Assembly (NCBI GenBank): GCA_038087875.1
Contig: CM075991.1
Span: 7,504,001-7,568,000, forward strand
Length of the DNA stretch: 64,000 nt
Direction: 5' to 3'
DNA from: Malacoraja senta
Taxonomy: Eukaryota
Shown piece after piece: positions 25,960 through 39,498 of the stretch. The notes beneath the pieces were generated by a model. That model ran no database searches and was not told the origin of the DNA. It saw only the letters and a program-made list of their open reading frames with translations. The stretch's first letter is position 1. Each line of letters starts with the position of its first letter. A program made the translations under genes and the position numbers.

Positions 25960-26500
25960 CTTCAATACTTATTGTCTCAGTCAAGCGCCATGTGCTACAT
26001 CTGGTCAGGATCAAAGTAAACATATTAGTATTGACCTTATAATGATCTCCCTTGTCAATGCTCATGGTGAAACAATGGATGTGCTCTTTTATAAGCGAAG
26101 GGCATTGTAGTATTTGACTTACAAAGAATGATTCTGCTGAGGCAAAGATTTCTTTAACCTGCTGTGTTTCCTGAAAGTCAACTGGTTCCTCTGCAATAAC
26201 AACCAAGGGTCATTCAATGTTCAAGGAGCCACTGAAGAGGATTTTCTGCAGATTGAATAACCAGTTTCTATTCACGGTAAGAAGGAAGGAGCAGAAGTGA
26301 AAAGCTTTCTTCCTTCTAGTTCATAATTTAGTTTATAGGATTTAAATTATAACTCATTTTTAAGTGGCGTGGAGGAGGTGGAGATTCCAGTTCAAGTCTC
26401 ACACCACCCTGACTTTGAAATCTTATCATTGTTGCATTATTGAGCTGAGACTGACTCGTGAAACTCCCAACTCCCAGACAAGATCAGTTTAACTTGGCAT

Positions 26501-26955
26501 CATAGAAACATAGAAACATAGAAAATAGGTGCAGGAGTAGGCCAATCGGCCCTTCGAGCCTGCACCGCCATTCAATGTGATCATGGCTGATCATCCAACT
26601 CAGTATCCTGTACCTGCCTTCTCTCCATACCCCCTGATTCCTTTAGCCACAAGGGCCACATCTAACTCCCTCTTAAATATAGCCAATGAACTGGCCTCAA
26701 CTACCTTCTGTGGCAGAGAGTTCCACAGATTCACCACTCTCTGTGTGAAAAATGTTTTCCTCATCTCGGTCCTAAAAGACTTCCCCCTTATCCTTAAACT
26801 GTGGCCCCTTGTTCTGGACTTCCCCAACATCGGGAACAATCTTCCTGCATCTAGCCTGTCCAACCCCTTAAGAATTTTGTACGTTTCTATAAGATCCCCC
26901 CTCAATCTTCTAAATTCTAGCGAGTACAAGCCGAGTCTATCCAGTCTTTCTTCAT
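26501..26955 (-). mobile_element. CR1 LINE 3' fragment (young subfamily)
   Basis: Intact C-terminal ORF 26600-26929 and (CATAGAAA)n tail. Confidence 0.92.
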
Positions 26956-27009
26956 GTTCAGCACAAACATTGTGGGCTGTCCTGTGCTGTTCTATGTTCT
27001 ATGTTCTAT

Positions 27010-27209
27010 NNNNNNNNNNNNNNNNNNNNNNNNNNNNNNNNNNNNNNNNNNNNNNNNNNNNNNNNNNNNNNNNNNNNNNNNNNNNNNNNNNNNNNNNNNN
27101 NNNNNNNNNNNNNNNNNNNNNNNNNNNNNNNNNNNNNNNNNNNNNNNNNNNNNNNNNNNNNNNNNNNNNNNNNNNNNNNNNNNNNNNNNNNNNNNNNNNN
27201 NNNNNNNNN
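27010..27209. other. Assembly gap (200 N)
   Basis: Run of exactly 200 N. Confidence 1.
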
Positions 27210-27819
27210 TGGCTGAGGGGATGCTCTTTGTATCCTTCCATATCTCAATTTGCCTCTCCTCTGAGTCTGAAGAAGGCTTTTGATCCAAAACATCACCCAT
27301 TCCCTCTTTCCAGAGATGCTGCCTCTGCCGCTGAGTTACTCCAGCATTTTGGTGTGTAAACCAACATCTGCAGTTCCTCTACACACATGTCTTCATGGCT
27401 AATGTTGGTTGAGATATAGGTATTGTTCAGGAAACCATGGGTAACCCCAGCTTCTTACACCACTTGAGAAAATGGTTAGGGTCTCAATTACTATCATTGC
27501 TGAAAGATCATGGAACGCTAGCACTGTGCTCTTCTGGAACGTTGACCTATGTTTTGCATTCAGTTGCCTGGGATCTGGAGTTGAACCCAAACCCTTCTTT
27601 CCATGCAAACCAAAGCTAATATCATATTGATGTTGCACGATTAATGCAATTAGAGTCATAGAGTCGTACAGCATGGAAACAGGCCCTTCAGCCCAACTTG
27701 CCCATGCTGACCAAGATTCCCCATCTACACTAGTCATACCTACCCACATTTGGCTCATATCCCTCTAAACCTTTCCCATCCATGTATTTGTCCAAATGTA
27801 TTTTAAATGTTGTTGTACC

Positions 27820-28561
27820 ACTGGGTGGCGCTTCAATGGCAGCCTCGCCTACAGTCTGTCTGACCACTTTGTCGTTTTTTTGTTATTTTTAGTGTGTTTA
27901 AAAAGTATGTGTTAATGTTCTCTGTATTGTTTTATGTAGGTGGTGGGTGGGGGAGGTCGGGGAAAACTTTTTTTCAATCTCCTCCGTTGCCGGAGATGCG
28001 ATTGTTTTCCGGATCCTATCTACGGTCGCTCGGCGACCTAACATCGGGGAGCAGGAGGCTGACTTTGAGCCCCACCGCGGGGCGTGGACTTACCATCCTT
28101 GCCTGACATCGACACTCCTGCGGACTTCAACATCAAGGAGCTCGCAGTCTCGGGTTGAGACCAACGTTGGGAAGCTCCAAAAGCCGCACGGCGTTCGACT
28201 AGCCCCGACCCGGGGTAGATTGCCTGGCGCGGAGTAGCTACGATTTCCCCCCCCCCCCCCCCGATGCAGGAGCTTGATCGCCCCGACAAGGAGGCCCGCT
28301 GCCGGCTATGGGAGTAAGATCGTCCCGTCAACAGAAGGTTAGAGGCCCCCGACCGCTGGAGAACAAAGAAGGGAGAGAATGAACTTTTTTTTGCCTTCCA
28401 TCACAGTGAGGAATGCGGAGGAGTCACTGTGGTGGATGTTTATGTTAAAATATATTTTGTGTGTTCTGTTGCTTTTTATTGGTATGACTGTATGGCAAAT
28501 CAAATTCCTCGTATGTTACAAAACATACTTGGCTAATAAAGTATGATTCTGCTTATGATTA
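27820..28561 (+). mobile_element. GC-rich non-autonomous retroposon with Rex1/Babar-like 3' end, inserted in an old CR1 tail
   Basis: Ends caaattcctcgtatg..catacttggctAATAAAgtatgattctgcttatgatt; GTACC at 27815-27819 and 28562-28566; host CR1 continues on both sides. Confidence 0.7.
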
Positions 28562-29789
28562 GTACCTACCTCAACTACCTCCTCTGGCATCTTGTTCAAT
28601 GTACCCACCAGCCTCTGTGTGAAAGAGTTGCCGCTCAGTTTCCTATTAAATATTTCCCCTCTCACCTTGGTCTACGAATCAGACAAGTTATTTTGGGCCA
28701 GGTAGAGACATCATGAATTGTGTGGCTACTGGTACTTTTAATAATTTTCTAATTGATTGACAAGTATACAAAATCAATAAGTCTTGGGGTTTGTTTAAGA
28801 AAGAACTGCAGATGCTGGAAAATTGAAGGTAGACAAAAATGCTGGAGAAACTCAGCGGGTGAGGCAGCATTATGGAGCGAAGGAAATAGGCAACGTTTCT
28901 GGTCGAAACCCTTCTTCAGACTGTTCTTCTTGGCTACTGTTTTTGCCATTATATGAGACTGCATATGTATTTACCTCTGACAGTCTGTGGAACTTAATCC
29001 AATTTTATAGTGAACAGATAATAGAAAAGAAACAATGCATGCATGAAGTAGTATTCTATAAACAAAATACAAAAAAAAGATTGGTATTAGATTGCAACAC
29101 TTCTTATTGTTTTTCCTGTCAAGCCCGTTGATAAGATGGAAGTTTTAAAGATGTATTAGATCACTATTTGTTATTTATTTGAACATTTTTCATAAAATAA
29201 ATAAACTCCATAATTTAAACCTCGATCAAATTTCAGCTCCATTGTTTACTGAGAGCAGGAAAGAGGCATGGGATGATTCCAGCACCGAAAATATATTTAA
29301 CAAAAAGATTCTTCTTGTCTTTGTGCGGAACATCTAGCAAAAAGTATTAATTCGATTTCAAAGGCTCACATCATTGTTCTTCAGTGTGTGGAGTTAATTA
29401 CAAAATTAATATTGGAGAAGGCCAAGCATTTGGAGTAATAACTGGGAGAAAGGCTCAGAACAATGTATTTGACCTTTTCAAGCTTGGTATTGGATGTACA
29501 TTGCTTATGAGAAATGGAATTCTCAGTTTTAAAAATATTCTGTTACGATCATTGCTACCATTGTGGGTAAAGTGCATATTATTGTAGCTAGCAGAATATA
29601 TATAAAGGTGATGGACAAAGGACATACCTTACGTTAAAGATAAAGTCACATACAGAATGTTAGATCAATGATTGTTACTATACATGCTATAGGTCAGTTG
29701 ACATTATAGAATATTACTGATATATGCATTATTAGTTAGGTTTGAATGCAACGTTTAATGGAAATTGCACACAGTGATCCTTACAAGGC

Positions 29790-30105
29790 CAGCACGGTAG
29801 TGTAACGTTTAGAGCTACTGGCTTACAGCGCCAGAAACGCGGGTTCAATCCTGACCACGGGTGCTGTCTGTATGGAGTTTGTACATTCTCCCCGTGACCT
29901 GCATGGGTTTTCTCTGAGATCTTCAGTTTCCTCCCACACTCCAATGATGTACACGAAGGTTAATTGGCTTGGTATAAATGTATAATGTATAATAGTCCCT
30001 AGTGTGTGTAGGGTAGTGTTAATGTGCGGGGATCGCTGGTCGGTGCGGTCTCAGTGGGCAAAAGGCCTGCTTCCGTGCTGTATCTCTAAACCAAACTAAA
30101 CTAAA
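29790..30105 (+). mobile_element. tRNA-derived SINE (HE1/V-SINE-like)
   Basis: B box ggttcaatcc, conserved body, (CTAAA)n tail. Confidence 0.85.
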
Positions 30106-30711
30106 TGGAACACACATGTAGGAAAGATTATTTACACAACAGAATTTGCATATTGTAAAGACTGGTACAGAATTTGTCAATTGTACAGATTGCTTTATGT
30201 TTTGATATTTCAATGGTACAAATCGTAAGCCCTGATTACAAATGACATATCTCAAATAATGAAGGCATAAGAACTCTGCGAAGCTCATTACACCATAGAA
30301 TTCAACATTATTATGAACACCTTTATTGCCTAGTCAAACACATCAATGTTTTTAAAGCATTTATCACCCTTTGTGCAAATAATGACACGGTCTGCACTTC
30401 AGGATAATTTCTTCATTGGCAATGGACTAAAATTATTATTGAAATTCAAAATAAGTGCAGATGCTGGATTATTGCTGAGGTTATTCAGAGCCAATGAATA
30501 AACAGCGTTAGTTGAAGATGATTCAGGAAGTAATAAGAGACTCTATTGGGCCAAACGCAGGAAGATAGGACTAGTGTAGACAGGGCATGTTGGTCAGCAT
30601 GGGCAAGTAGGGCCAAAGGGCCTATTTCCACGCTGTATGACCGTACGACTCTATGAGACCTGCGGAGAAGTTTCGTACCCAGAGAATGATTAGGACATGG
30701 ACTATATTGTT

Positions 30712-31030
30712 TGGTGGATAGAAATGCTGGAGCGAAGGAAATAGGCAACATTTTGGGCCGATGTGAGGGTGGGGGGGGGGGGCAGGAAGAAGAAAGAAAG
30801 AGGAGGAGCCAGAGGGCTAGAGGGAGAGCTGAGAAGGGGAGGAGACAGTAAGGACTACATGAAATTAGAGAAGTCAATGTTCATACTGCTGGGGTACAAA
30901 CTGCCCAGGCGAAATATGAGGTGCTGCTCCTCCAATTTCCGGTGGTCCTCACTCTGGCCGTGGAGGAGGCCCAGGACAGAAAGGTCAGATTCGGAATGGG
31001 AGGGGGAGTTGAAGTGCTGAGTCACCGGTA
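30712..31030 (-). mobile_element. Penelope-like element 3' fragment
   Basis: Same sequence family as 50450-50730 (GIY-YIG C-terminus and 3' UTR). Confidence 0.85.
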
Positions 31031-31734
31031 TTGTTTGACAGTCTTTAAGAATAAAGATGCCATATTGCAGTCAAAAGGGAACTGGATAATTACTTGAAGA
31101 AGTTTTTAAAAAGTGGGAAATCGTGCAAGAGCGGAGAGTCAAGAGTGTTTTATTGTCATATGTCCTGAAACGGAAGAATGAAATTCTTACTTGCAGCAGC
31201 ACAACACATATGTAAACATAGTACTGGTGTTGATCTACCTGTTTTGGTCATGAAATGAGATGGAGTAGGCTGAATAGTTAAATCATTTGTAACTCTCTAA
31301 ATTTCAAGTTGTTTTATTCTTCATGTATCTTTGAATATTTGTGTGAATCATCTCTGGTAGCCTCTGCTGTTACTTTGAAGAATCATTCTACGTTAAACTG
31401 AGTTCTTAGAGTTTATATTTCATGTACCTTAATTAGACACGTCTTGCGATTTACTTTATAGACCGCAGGCATGTCTAATTCTTGCTCAAAGCTCATCACT
31501 GTTATACTGTTATGACTTTTCTCAGAATCTGTTTGAATGCATACATACGCTACAGTGGAATGGTAATCAGAAGTGAAATATCACCCCTGCTCTGGTGTGC
31601 ACCCATGAAAATAAATTAGCATAATCTCCGGAGACTCAAAAGAGATCATTTTGCAAAATCTTCCTCCCAGCACTGAAACCTTCACATTCAAAGCACATAC
31701 TCAGAATTCTAAAATATGTTTCCCCTTTAATTAC

Positions 31735-32550
31735 AATCCGATACGATCCGATCGAACTTTATTTATCCCAGGAGGGAAATTGATCTGTCAACAGTCATAA
31801 AAACACAGAATACATGAAACATGAAATTAAAGTGATGAGTGGAAAGGATTGGGGATGTGCAAAGATTGGGGTGGGGCAGGGGGGGGGGTGAGGGGAGTCA
31901 ATCTACCCCATGGCAGAAGGGGGAGGAGTTGTACAGATTGATAGCCACAGGGAAGAAGGATACATAGATACATAGATAGATACATAGAAAATAGGTGCAG
32001 GAGTAGGCCATTCGGCCCTTCGAGCCTGCACCGCCATTCAATATGATCATGGCTGATCATCCAACTCAGTATCCCGTACCTGCCTTCTCTCCATACCCCC
32101 TGATCCCTTTAGCCACAAGGGCCACATCTAACTCCCTCTTAAATATAGCCAATGAACTGGCCTCAACTACCCTCTGTGGCAGAGAGTTCCAGAGATTCAC
32201 CACTCTCTGTGTGAAAAAGTTTTACCTCATCTCGGTCTTAAAGGATTTCCCCCTTATCCTTAAGCTGTGACCCCTTGTCCTGGACTTCCCCAACATCGGG
32301 AACAATCTTCCTGCATCTAGCCTGTCCAACCCCATAAGAATTTTGTACGTTTCTATAAGATCCCCTCTCAATCTCCTAAATTCTAGCGAGTATAAGCCAA
32401 GGATCTCCTGTGGCGTTCTGTGCTGCATCTTGGTGGAACTAGTCTGTTGCAAAATCGGGTTGTCCAATGTGTCATGGAGGGGGTGAGCTGTATTGTCCAA
32501 GATGCTCCGCAGTCTGAGCAGCATCCTCCCCTCCAAGACCACTCCACCCA
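31735..32550 (-). mobile_element. Rex1/Babar LINE 3' fragment split by a CR1 insertion
   Basis: Peptide LRSILDNTAHPLHDTL and tail (TACGATCCGA) with antisense AATAAA; interrupted at AAGGAT. Confidence 0.7.
31962..32398 (-). mobile_element. CR1 LINE 3' fragment with 6-bp TSD
   Basis: Near-identical to 4641-5070; AAGGAT at 31956-31961 and 32399-32404. Confidence 0.92.
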
Positions 32551-32999
32551 CTGAGGTATTTAGTTTTAGTTTAGTTTAGTTTGAGTTTATTGTTACTTGT
32601 ACCGAGGTACAGTGAAAAGCTTTTGTTGAGTGCTAACCATTCAACAGAAAGACAATACATGATTACAATCGAGCCATTGACAGCGTATAGATACATGATA
32701 AGGGAATAACGTTTAGCACAAGGTATCATGGTTAAAGTGAGAAATGTTGCTGTAGGTGTGCAGATTGAAGAGTGTGGAGCGATTATAATATGAGTTTGTT
32801 GATCTGCTTCTGTGGCTAGCACGCAAATAGTCTCTTGTATTGGGTGCCATACTGGTTTCAGAAGGAGCCATCTTGACTCAGTGGGTAACACTTTTCCCTT
32901 TAGACCCTAAGGTTTCATTGTTGTGAATGAGACATTCAATGGTTCAATTGTTCTTTAATGTCATGTATGCACAGCACAGTGAAATTATTTTTGCACAAC

Positions 33000-33286
33000 A
33001 GCGGTAGAGTTGCTGCCTTACAGTCCTTACTGCGTCGGAGACTTAGGTTCGATCCTGACTACGGGTGCTTGTCTGTACGTTCTCCCCTTGACCGCGTGGG
33101 TTTTCTCCGAGATCTTCGGTTTCCTCCCACCCTCCAAAGACGTGCAGGTTTGTAGGTTAATTGGCCTGGTATAATTGTAAATTGTCCCTAGTGTGTGTAG
33201 GATGGTGTTACTGTGCGGGGATTGCTGGTCAGTGCAGACTCGGTGGGCCGAAGGGCCTGTTACCGCGCTGCATCTCTAAACTAAAC
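33000..33286 (+). mobile_element. tRNA-derived SINE (HE1/V-SINE-like)
   Basis: gcggtagagttgctgccttacag head, GGTTCGATCC B box, CTAAA tail. Confidence 0.85.
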
Positions 33287-34224
33287 CACAAAAGCACAGT
33301 CACCATATTTAGGCGCCGTTTACAAGGAGAAAACCCCCCCAATCCAAAGTTCATAAGGTTATAAGTGATAGGGGCAGAATTAGGCCATTCAGCCCATCAA
33401 GTCTACTCTGCTATTCAATCGTGGCTGATCTATCTCTCCCTCTTAACCCCATTCTCCTGCCTTCTCCCCATAGCCCCTGACACCCGTACCAATCAAGAAT
33501 CTGTCTATATCTGCCTTAAAAATACCTGTTGACTTGGCCTCCACTGCCGTCTGTGGCAATGAATTCCACAGATTCACCACACTCTCAATTCCTCTTCACC
33601 TCTTTCCTAAAGGAACATCCTTTAATTCTGAGGCTATGACCCCTGGTCCTAGACTCTGCCACAAATGCATACATCCTCTCCACATCCACTCTATCTAGTC
33701 CGGTCCATGTGTTGGAAGTACCGGAGCAAGCGCAATCCAGGTAAGACCACGTGAGCCCAGGCATGTTGCAGGCCCACGACCTAATGCCCCTGTCCTCTGC
33801 CGACTGCCCCTGTGTCCCGGGTGGCATCTACTGCATTCCATATTAGTTCAGTTTGAGTTTTAGCAGTCACTTCATTCGTATCACACTCAGTTCTGGATTA
33901 GAAGATTCCACATTTAATGTTCCATATTTCATAGTCAGGGGAAAGCGATAGAGATATGGAAGAATACAAAGAGCATATAAGATGTGGAAAGGACAATGAT
34001 CAAGGAAATGTACAATAGTTTGTTGTTGTTTGAAGGGAAGGTGAACATGCTCTTTTTACCTTCCATATCTCTATTTCCTTCTCCCCTGACTCTCAGTCTG
34101 AAGAAGGGTCACCCATTGCTTCTCTCCAGTGATGCTGCCTGTCCCGCTGAGTTACTCCAGCATTCTGTATCTAACGTTGGTGTAAACCAGCATCTGCAGT
34201 TCCTTCCTACACATACGGAGACGC

Positions 34225-34688
34225 GGACATGCGCGCGTGCACACACACATACACACACACACACACACACATATGCACATGCATACACACACACACCCCA
34301 CACACACACACATACGCACCCACACACACACATACACACTCACACACACTCACACACATACACACACCCACACCCACACACGCATATACACACACGCACA
34401 CCCACACACATATAGGCATACACATACACACGCATACACACCCACACACACACATACACACGCATACACACCCACACATACACACACACCCCCACACACA
34501 CATACACATGCATACACACCCACACACACACATACACACACACACACACATACACACACACACATACATACTTACACATACACACTCACACACACACACA
34601 CATACTTACACACTCACACACACATATACATACACTTACACATACACACTCACATACACACACTCACACACGTGCACACACACACGTG

Positions 34689-34732
<44 letters not shown>

Positions 34733-35506
34733 TACACACACTCACACACACATGCACACACACACACACATATGCACATGCATACACACACACACCCACA
34801 CACACACATACATACGCACACACATACACACTCACACACACTCACACACATACACACACCCACACCCACACACGCATATACACACACGCACACCCACACA
34901 TATAGGCATACACATACACACGCATACACACCCACGCCCACACATACACACGCATACACACCCACACATACACACACACCCACACACACACATACACATG
35001 CATACACACCCACACACACACATACACACACACACACACATACACACACACACACACACATACATACTTACACATACACACTCACACACACATACTTACA
35101 CACTCACACACACACAAACATACACATGCATACACACCCACACATACACACACACCCACACACACACATACACATGCATACACACCCACACACACACATA
35201 CACATGCATACACACCCACACACACACATACACACACACACACATACACACACACACACATACACACACACACATACATACTTACACATACACACTCACA
35301 CACACACACACACATACTTACACACTCACACACACATATACATACACTTACACATACACACTCACATACACACACTCACACATGTGCACACACACACGTG
35401 CACACATACACACACTCACACATGTGCACACAAACACACACACATACACACACTCACACACACACACACACATGCACACACACACACACAGACACACACA
35501 CACCCC

Positions 35507-35561
<55 letters not shown>

Positions 35562-35644
35562 ACACACATATAGGCATACACATACACACGCATACACACC
35601 CACACACACACACATACACACACACTCACCCACCCACACATACA

Positions 35645-35684
<40 letters not shown>

Positions 35685-36005
35685 CACACACATACACACA
35701 CTCACACACACATGCACACACACCCACACACACACACACATACACACACTCACACACACATGCACACACACACACAGACACACCCACACCCACACACCCA
35801 CACAGACACACACACACGCACACACATACACACACCCACACCCACACACGCATATACACACACACACCCACACACATATAGGCATACACATACACACGCA
35901 TACACACCCACACACGCATATACACACACACACCCACACACATATAGGCATACACATACACACGCATACACACCCACACACACATACACGCACATACACA
36001 CACAG

Positions 36006-36037
<32 letters not shown>

Positions 36038-36129
36038 ATACATACTTACACATACACGCACACACACCCATCCACACACACACACACACATACTTACACA
36101 CATACTTACACACATACTTACACACATAC

Positions 36130-36193
<64 letters not shown>

Positions 36194-36229
36194 ATACATA
36201 CTTACACATACACACACACACACACCCAT

Positions 36230-36265
<36 letters not shown>

Positions 36266-36341
36266 TTACACACACACACACACACACACACGCACGCACG
36301 CACACACGCACACACGCACACACACACACACACACACACTC
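34225..36341. repeat. 2.1-kb compound (CA)n microsatellite with higher-order duplications
   Basis: Almost pure CA/TA/CG alternation; variant motif tataggcata recurs at about 34411, 34901, 35569, 35877 and 35943. Confidence 0.98.
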
Positions 36342-38734
36342 ACGTTTACCTTTCTGTATTTCTTTTAACAAGAGCTTTATAAAAATGGAGGCTATTTTCT
36401 ATAAGAATGGTGCCGGGTTTGATGGGATGTTTTGCTATTGATCGTAAGTCACGGCTCAGAACATGATGCACAGTTTGACTTCCTCAGCTGGATTGTCAAT
36501 GTGACAAAGTGTGTAATCTTGGTAAAGAAAGCATTTACTTCATTGGCATTCGCAGCTCATAGTATTGAAGTAAATAAATAAAAAAAATCCTTCCCCCAAT
36601 TCCAAATTCATTTTACAAAATAATTAATTAATATGGCTATATTGGAAAATGAAACATAAATTTGATTTATTTTGTTCATGCAGAAACACGTTATTGACAT
36701 CTGTGCATCTGTTGCATAATTTAATCAGAAAAATGCCGAAGGAAACAATTAAAAAATATTTGCTATTTGCCTAAATTTATGTCTTGTTTCCATTTGTCCA
36801 CTTGCTCTCAATATCTCTGCACTACACATTCTAGAATAAAGCTCAACTGCATCATTTTAAGGTTGATTGATTTGGCTATTTTTGTTCTCTTATTTTCTCC
36901 CTCCTCTTATGAAAATGTAAGGTTGTTAATTCTTTGTGATTTATTTTTCATGTGCATAACTGATAGCAGTCTAGCGTCCAACTACCATGCTGGGAGATAC
37001 AGTAAGATTGAGCCTTCAGCTTCATTTTAATGATCGTGGCAAGCTGCCCCCTCCTTGGAGACCGCTCTACTTTCTCCTTGGCATGCTCTCTGCATTAGTC
37101 TGGGCAGCTTGCCCCGCCAGGCAGCCTCTGGAGGATAAGGTCCTGGGGGCGATTGGGAGGGAATCAAGAAGGGGGTGTGGAAGGTGACGAGCAGTAAAGC
37201 TACAGTGAGGAACGGCATTAATGTGGAGGCAGGAGCAGTCTCAGTTGGACTGAGTGTGAAAGCTTCTTGAGCAGCCAGAAATGTAGGCTCCTGTAAACCA
37301 GCAGAACTGATGAAGTCTAATGAGTGGACTCGAAAAGAGGAAGAGGAGTCAATATTGAAATGGATGTGCACATTTCAGATGGCTGTTTAATGGAAGTCAT
37401 TGAGAGATGCAGCAGCATGGAAATGGCCCTTCGGCCCATTGAGATTGTACCATCCATCAACCAGCCATTTTACATTATACTTATGACTATGTGATATCTT
37501 TTAGAGCTTTGGCGTTGATCTTCTCGTGACAATGATGGCTGGCACTATTTCAGTTGTGCTTTGGCCGAATTGACCGAAGAGACTGAATTGACCTAGTGTT
37601 GACACAAGAGACTGCTGGAATGCGCACATGGAACATTGAACAGTACAGCACAGGAACGGGCCCTTCAGCCCACAATGACTGTGCTGTACATGATGCCAAG
37701 TTTAAACTGATCTCATCGGGCTGCAGATCATCCATATCCCTCTATTCCATGCACTTCCTTGTGCCTATTTAAAAGCCTCTTAAACGCCATTCTCTCCCTC
37801 CCTTTTGTCAATGGTTGATAAGGCAACAATAATAAACCCATTCGGGCCAGTTGATCAAGAGAACGCGTGTACCTTTGTAATACCACCGTCAAATATCTAT
37901 TGCAGGTTGTATGTTGTTCATAAGTTGATGAGTTATTGGAGCAGAATCAGGCCATTCGTCCCATCAAGTCTAGTCCGCCATTCAATCATGGCTGATCTAT
38001 CTTTCCCTCTCAACCCCATTCTCCTGCCTTCTCTCCATACCTTCTTTTCTCCTTTAAAATATCCATTGACGACCTCCACAATGAGTTCCAGAGATCCACC
38101 ACCCTTTGAATAAAGAAATTCTCCACTCTTCTTGTCTATTGACATCTTTGCTGTTTATTGTATCCATTCACACTTTGTTTTCCACGCTTTCCAGGTAAAT
38201 TAACCATAGATGAGTTCAATCAAACCATGCAGATAATAATGGTATAGCCGCATGTAAAGTGCAGTTAAAATAAAAAGTGTAAAGACAACAACAAGGCAGA
38301 TTGGAAGATCAGGAATATATCCTTATTTTATGAGAGGCTGGTCAAGTGCCTACAAACAGCAAGGAAAAAACTGTCCTTGCATCTGACGGTATGCGCTTTA
38401 AAACATTTGTCTTGTCTGCCCAAGGGAAGGGGGAGAAGAAGGAATGTAGGCAGAGAGAACGACAGTTGTTGGTTTCAAGACATAAAGTGTTGGACTGACT
38501 CGGCGGGTCAGGCAGAACCTCCGAAGAACATGGATCGGTGATGTTTCAAGTCAGGACCCTTCTTCAGACTAATAGTAGTTGAGGGGAGAAAGCTGGAAGA
38601 GAGGTGGGGGAGGGGACAAAACCTCCAAGTGATAGGTGGATACAGATGATGGGGTGGCAATGCTCAACAACTTTATATAATCTGATGCACATTCCTTCTA
38701 TAGAATGGAGTCTGTACTTCAGATTTTAACTGTC

Positions 38735-39033
38735 TGAGTTGCTGCCTTACAGTCCTTACAGCTTCGGAGACTTAGGTTCGATCCTGAGTACGGGTGCTTG
38801 TCTGTACGGAGTTTGTACATTCTCCCCGTGACCGCATGGGTTTTCGCCGAGATCTTCTGTTTCCTCCCACCCTCCAAAGACGTACAGGTTTGTACGTTAA
38901 TTGGCTCAATATAAATGTAAATTGTCCCTGGTGTGTGTAGGATAGTGTTAATGTGCGGGGATCGCTGGTCGGTGCGGACTTGGTGGGCCATAGGGCCTGT
39001 TTCCGCGCTGTATCTCTAAACTAAACTAAACTG
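38735..39033 (+). mobile_element. tRNA-derived SINE (same variant as 33000)
   Basis: ttgctgccttacagtccttacagc..GGTTCGATCC..(CTAAA)n. Confidence 0.88.
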
Positions 39034-39069
39034 AAGTATTTGTCTGTTGGGTAGCATTAATAATAACCA

Positions 39070-39498
39070 TAGGTGGACAAAAATGCTGGAGAAACTCAGC
39101 GATTGAGGCAGCATCTATGGAGCGAAGAAATGGGCAACGTTTTGGGCCGAAACCCTTCTTCAGACTGATGTGAGGGTGGGGGGGGGGGGGGAGCAGAAAG
39201 GAAGAGGAGGAGCCAGGTGGCTGAGGGAGAACTGAGAAGGGGAGGAGAAAGTAAGGACTACCTGAAATTAGAGAAGTCTATGTTCATACCGCTGGGGTGC
39301 AAACTGCCCAAGCGAAGAATGAGGTGCTGCTCCTCCAATTTACGGTGGTCCTCACTCTGGCCATGGAGGAGGCCGAGGACAGCAGTGAGAGAGGAGGTCG
39401 TTAAACTGTCTTCGGAGGGAGGAGGAGAACTTCTTCAAAGTAGGCATACCTTGAGGAGATTTCGCAGTGGAGTAGACAAAGTGTTTAAGAAGGAACTG
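39070..39498 (-). mobile_element. Penelope-like element 3' fragment with pLTR and hammerhead-like core
   Basis: Antisense core caacgttttgggccgaaacccttcttcag at 39136-39163, followed by the GIY-YIG C-terminal coding region. Confidence 0.8.

Noticed and set aside
33984..36441. Long His/Thr-rich and Cys/Val-rich ORFs (up to 550 aa)
   Set aside because: Translations of the (CA)n array, which has almost no stop codons; not genes.
37027..37371. 114-aa minus-strand ORF in moderately GC-rich unique-looking DNA
   Set aside because: No recognisable motif or convincing splice signals; may be an old transposon relic but cannot be assigned by eye.
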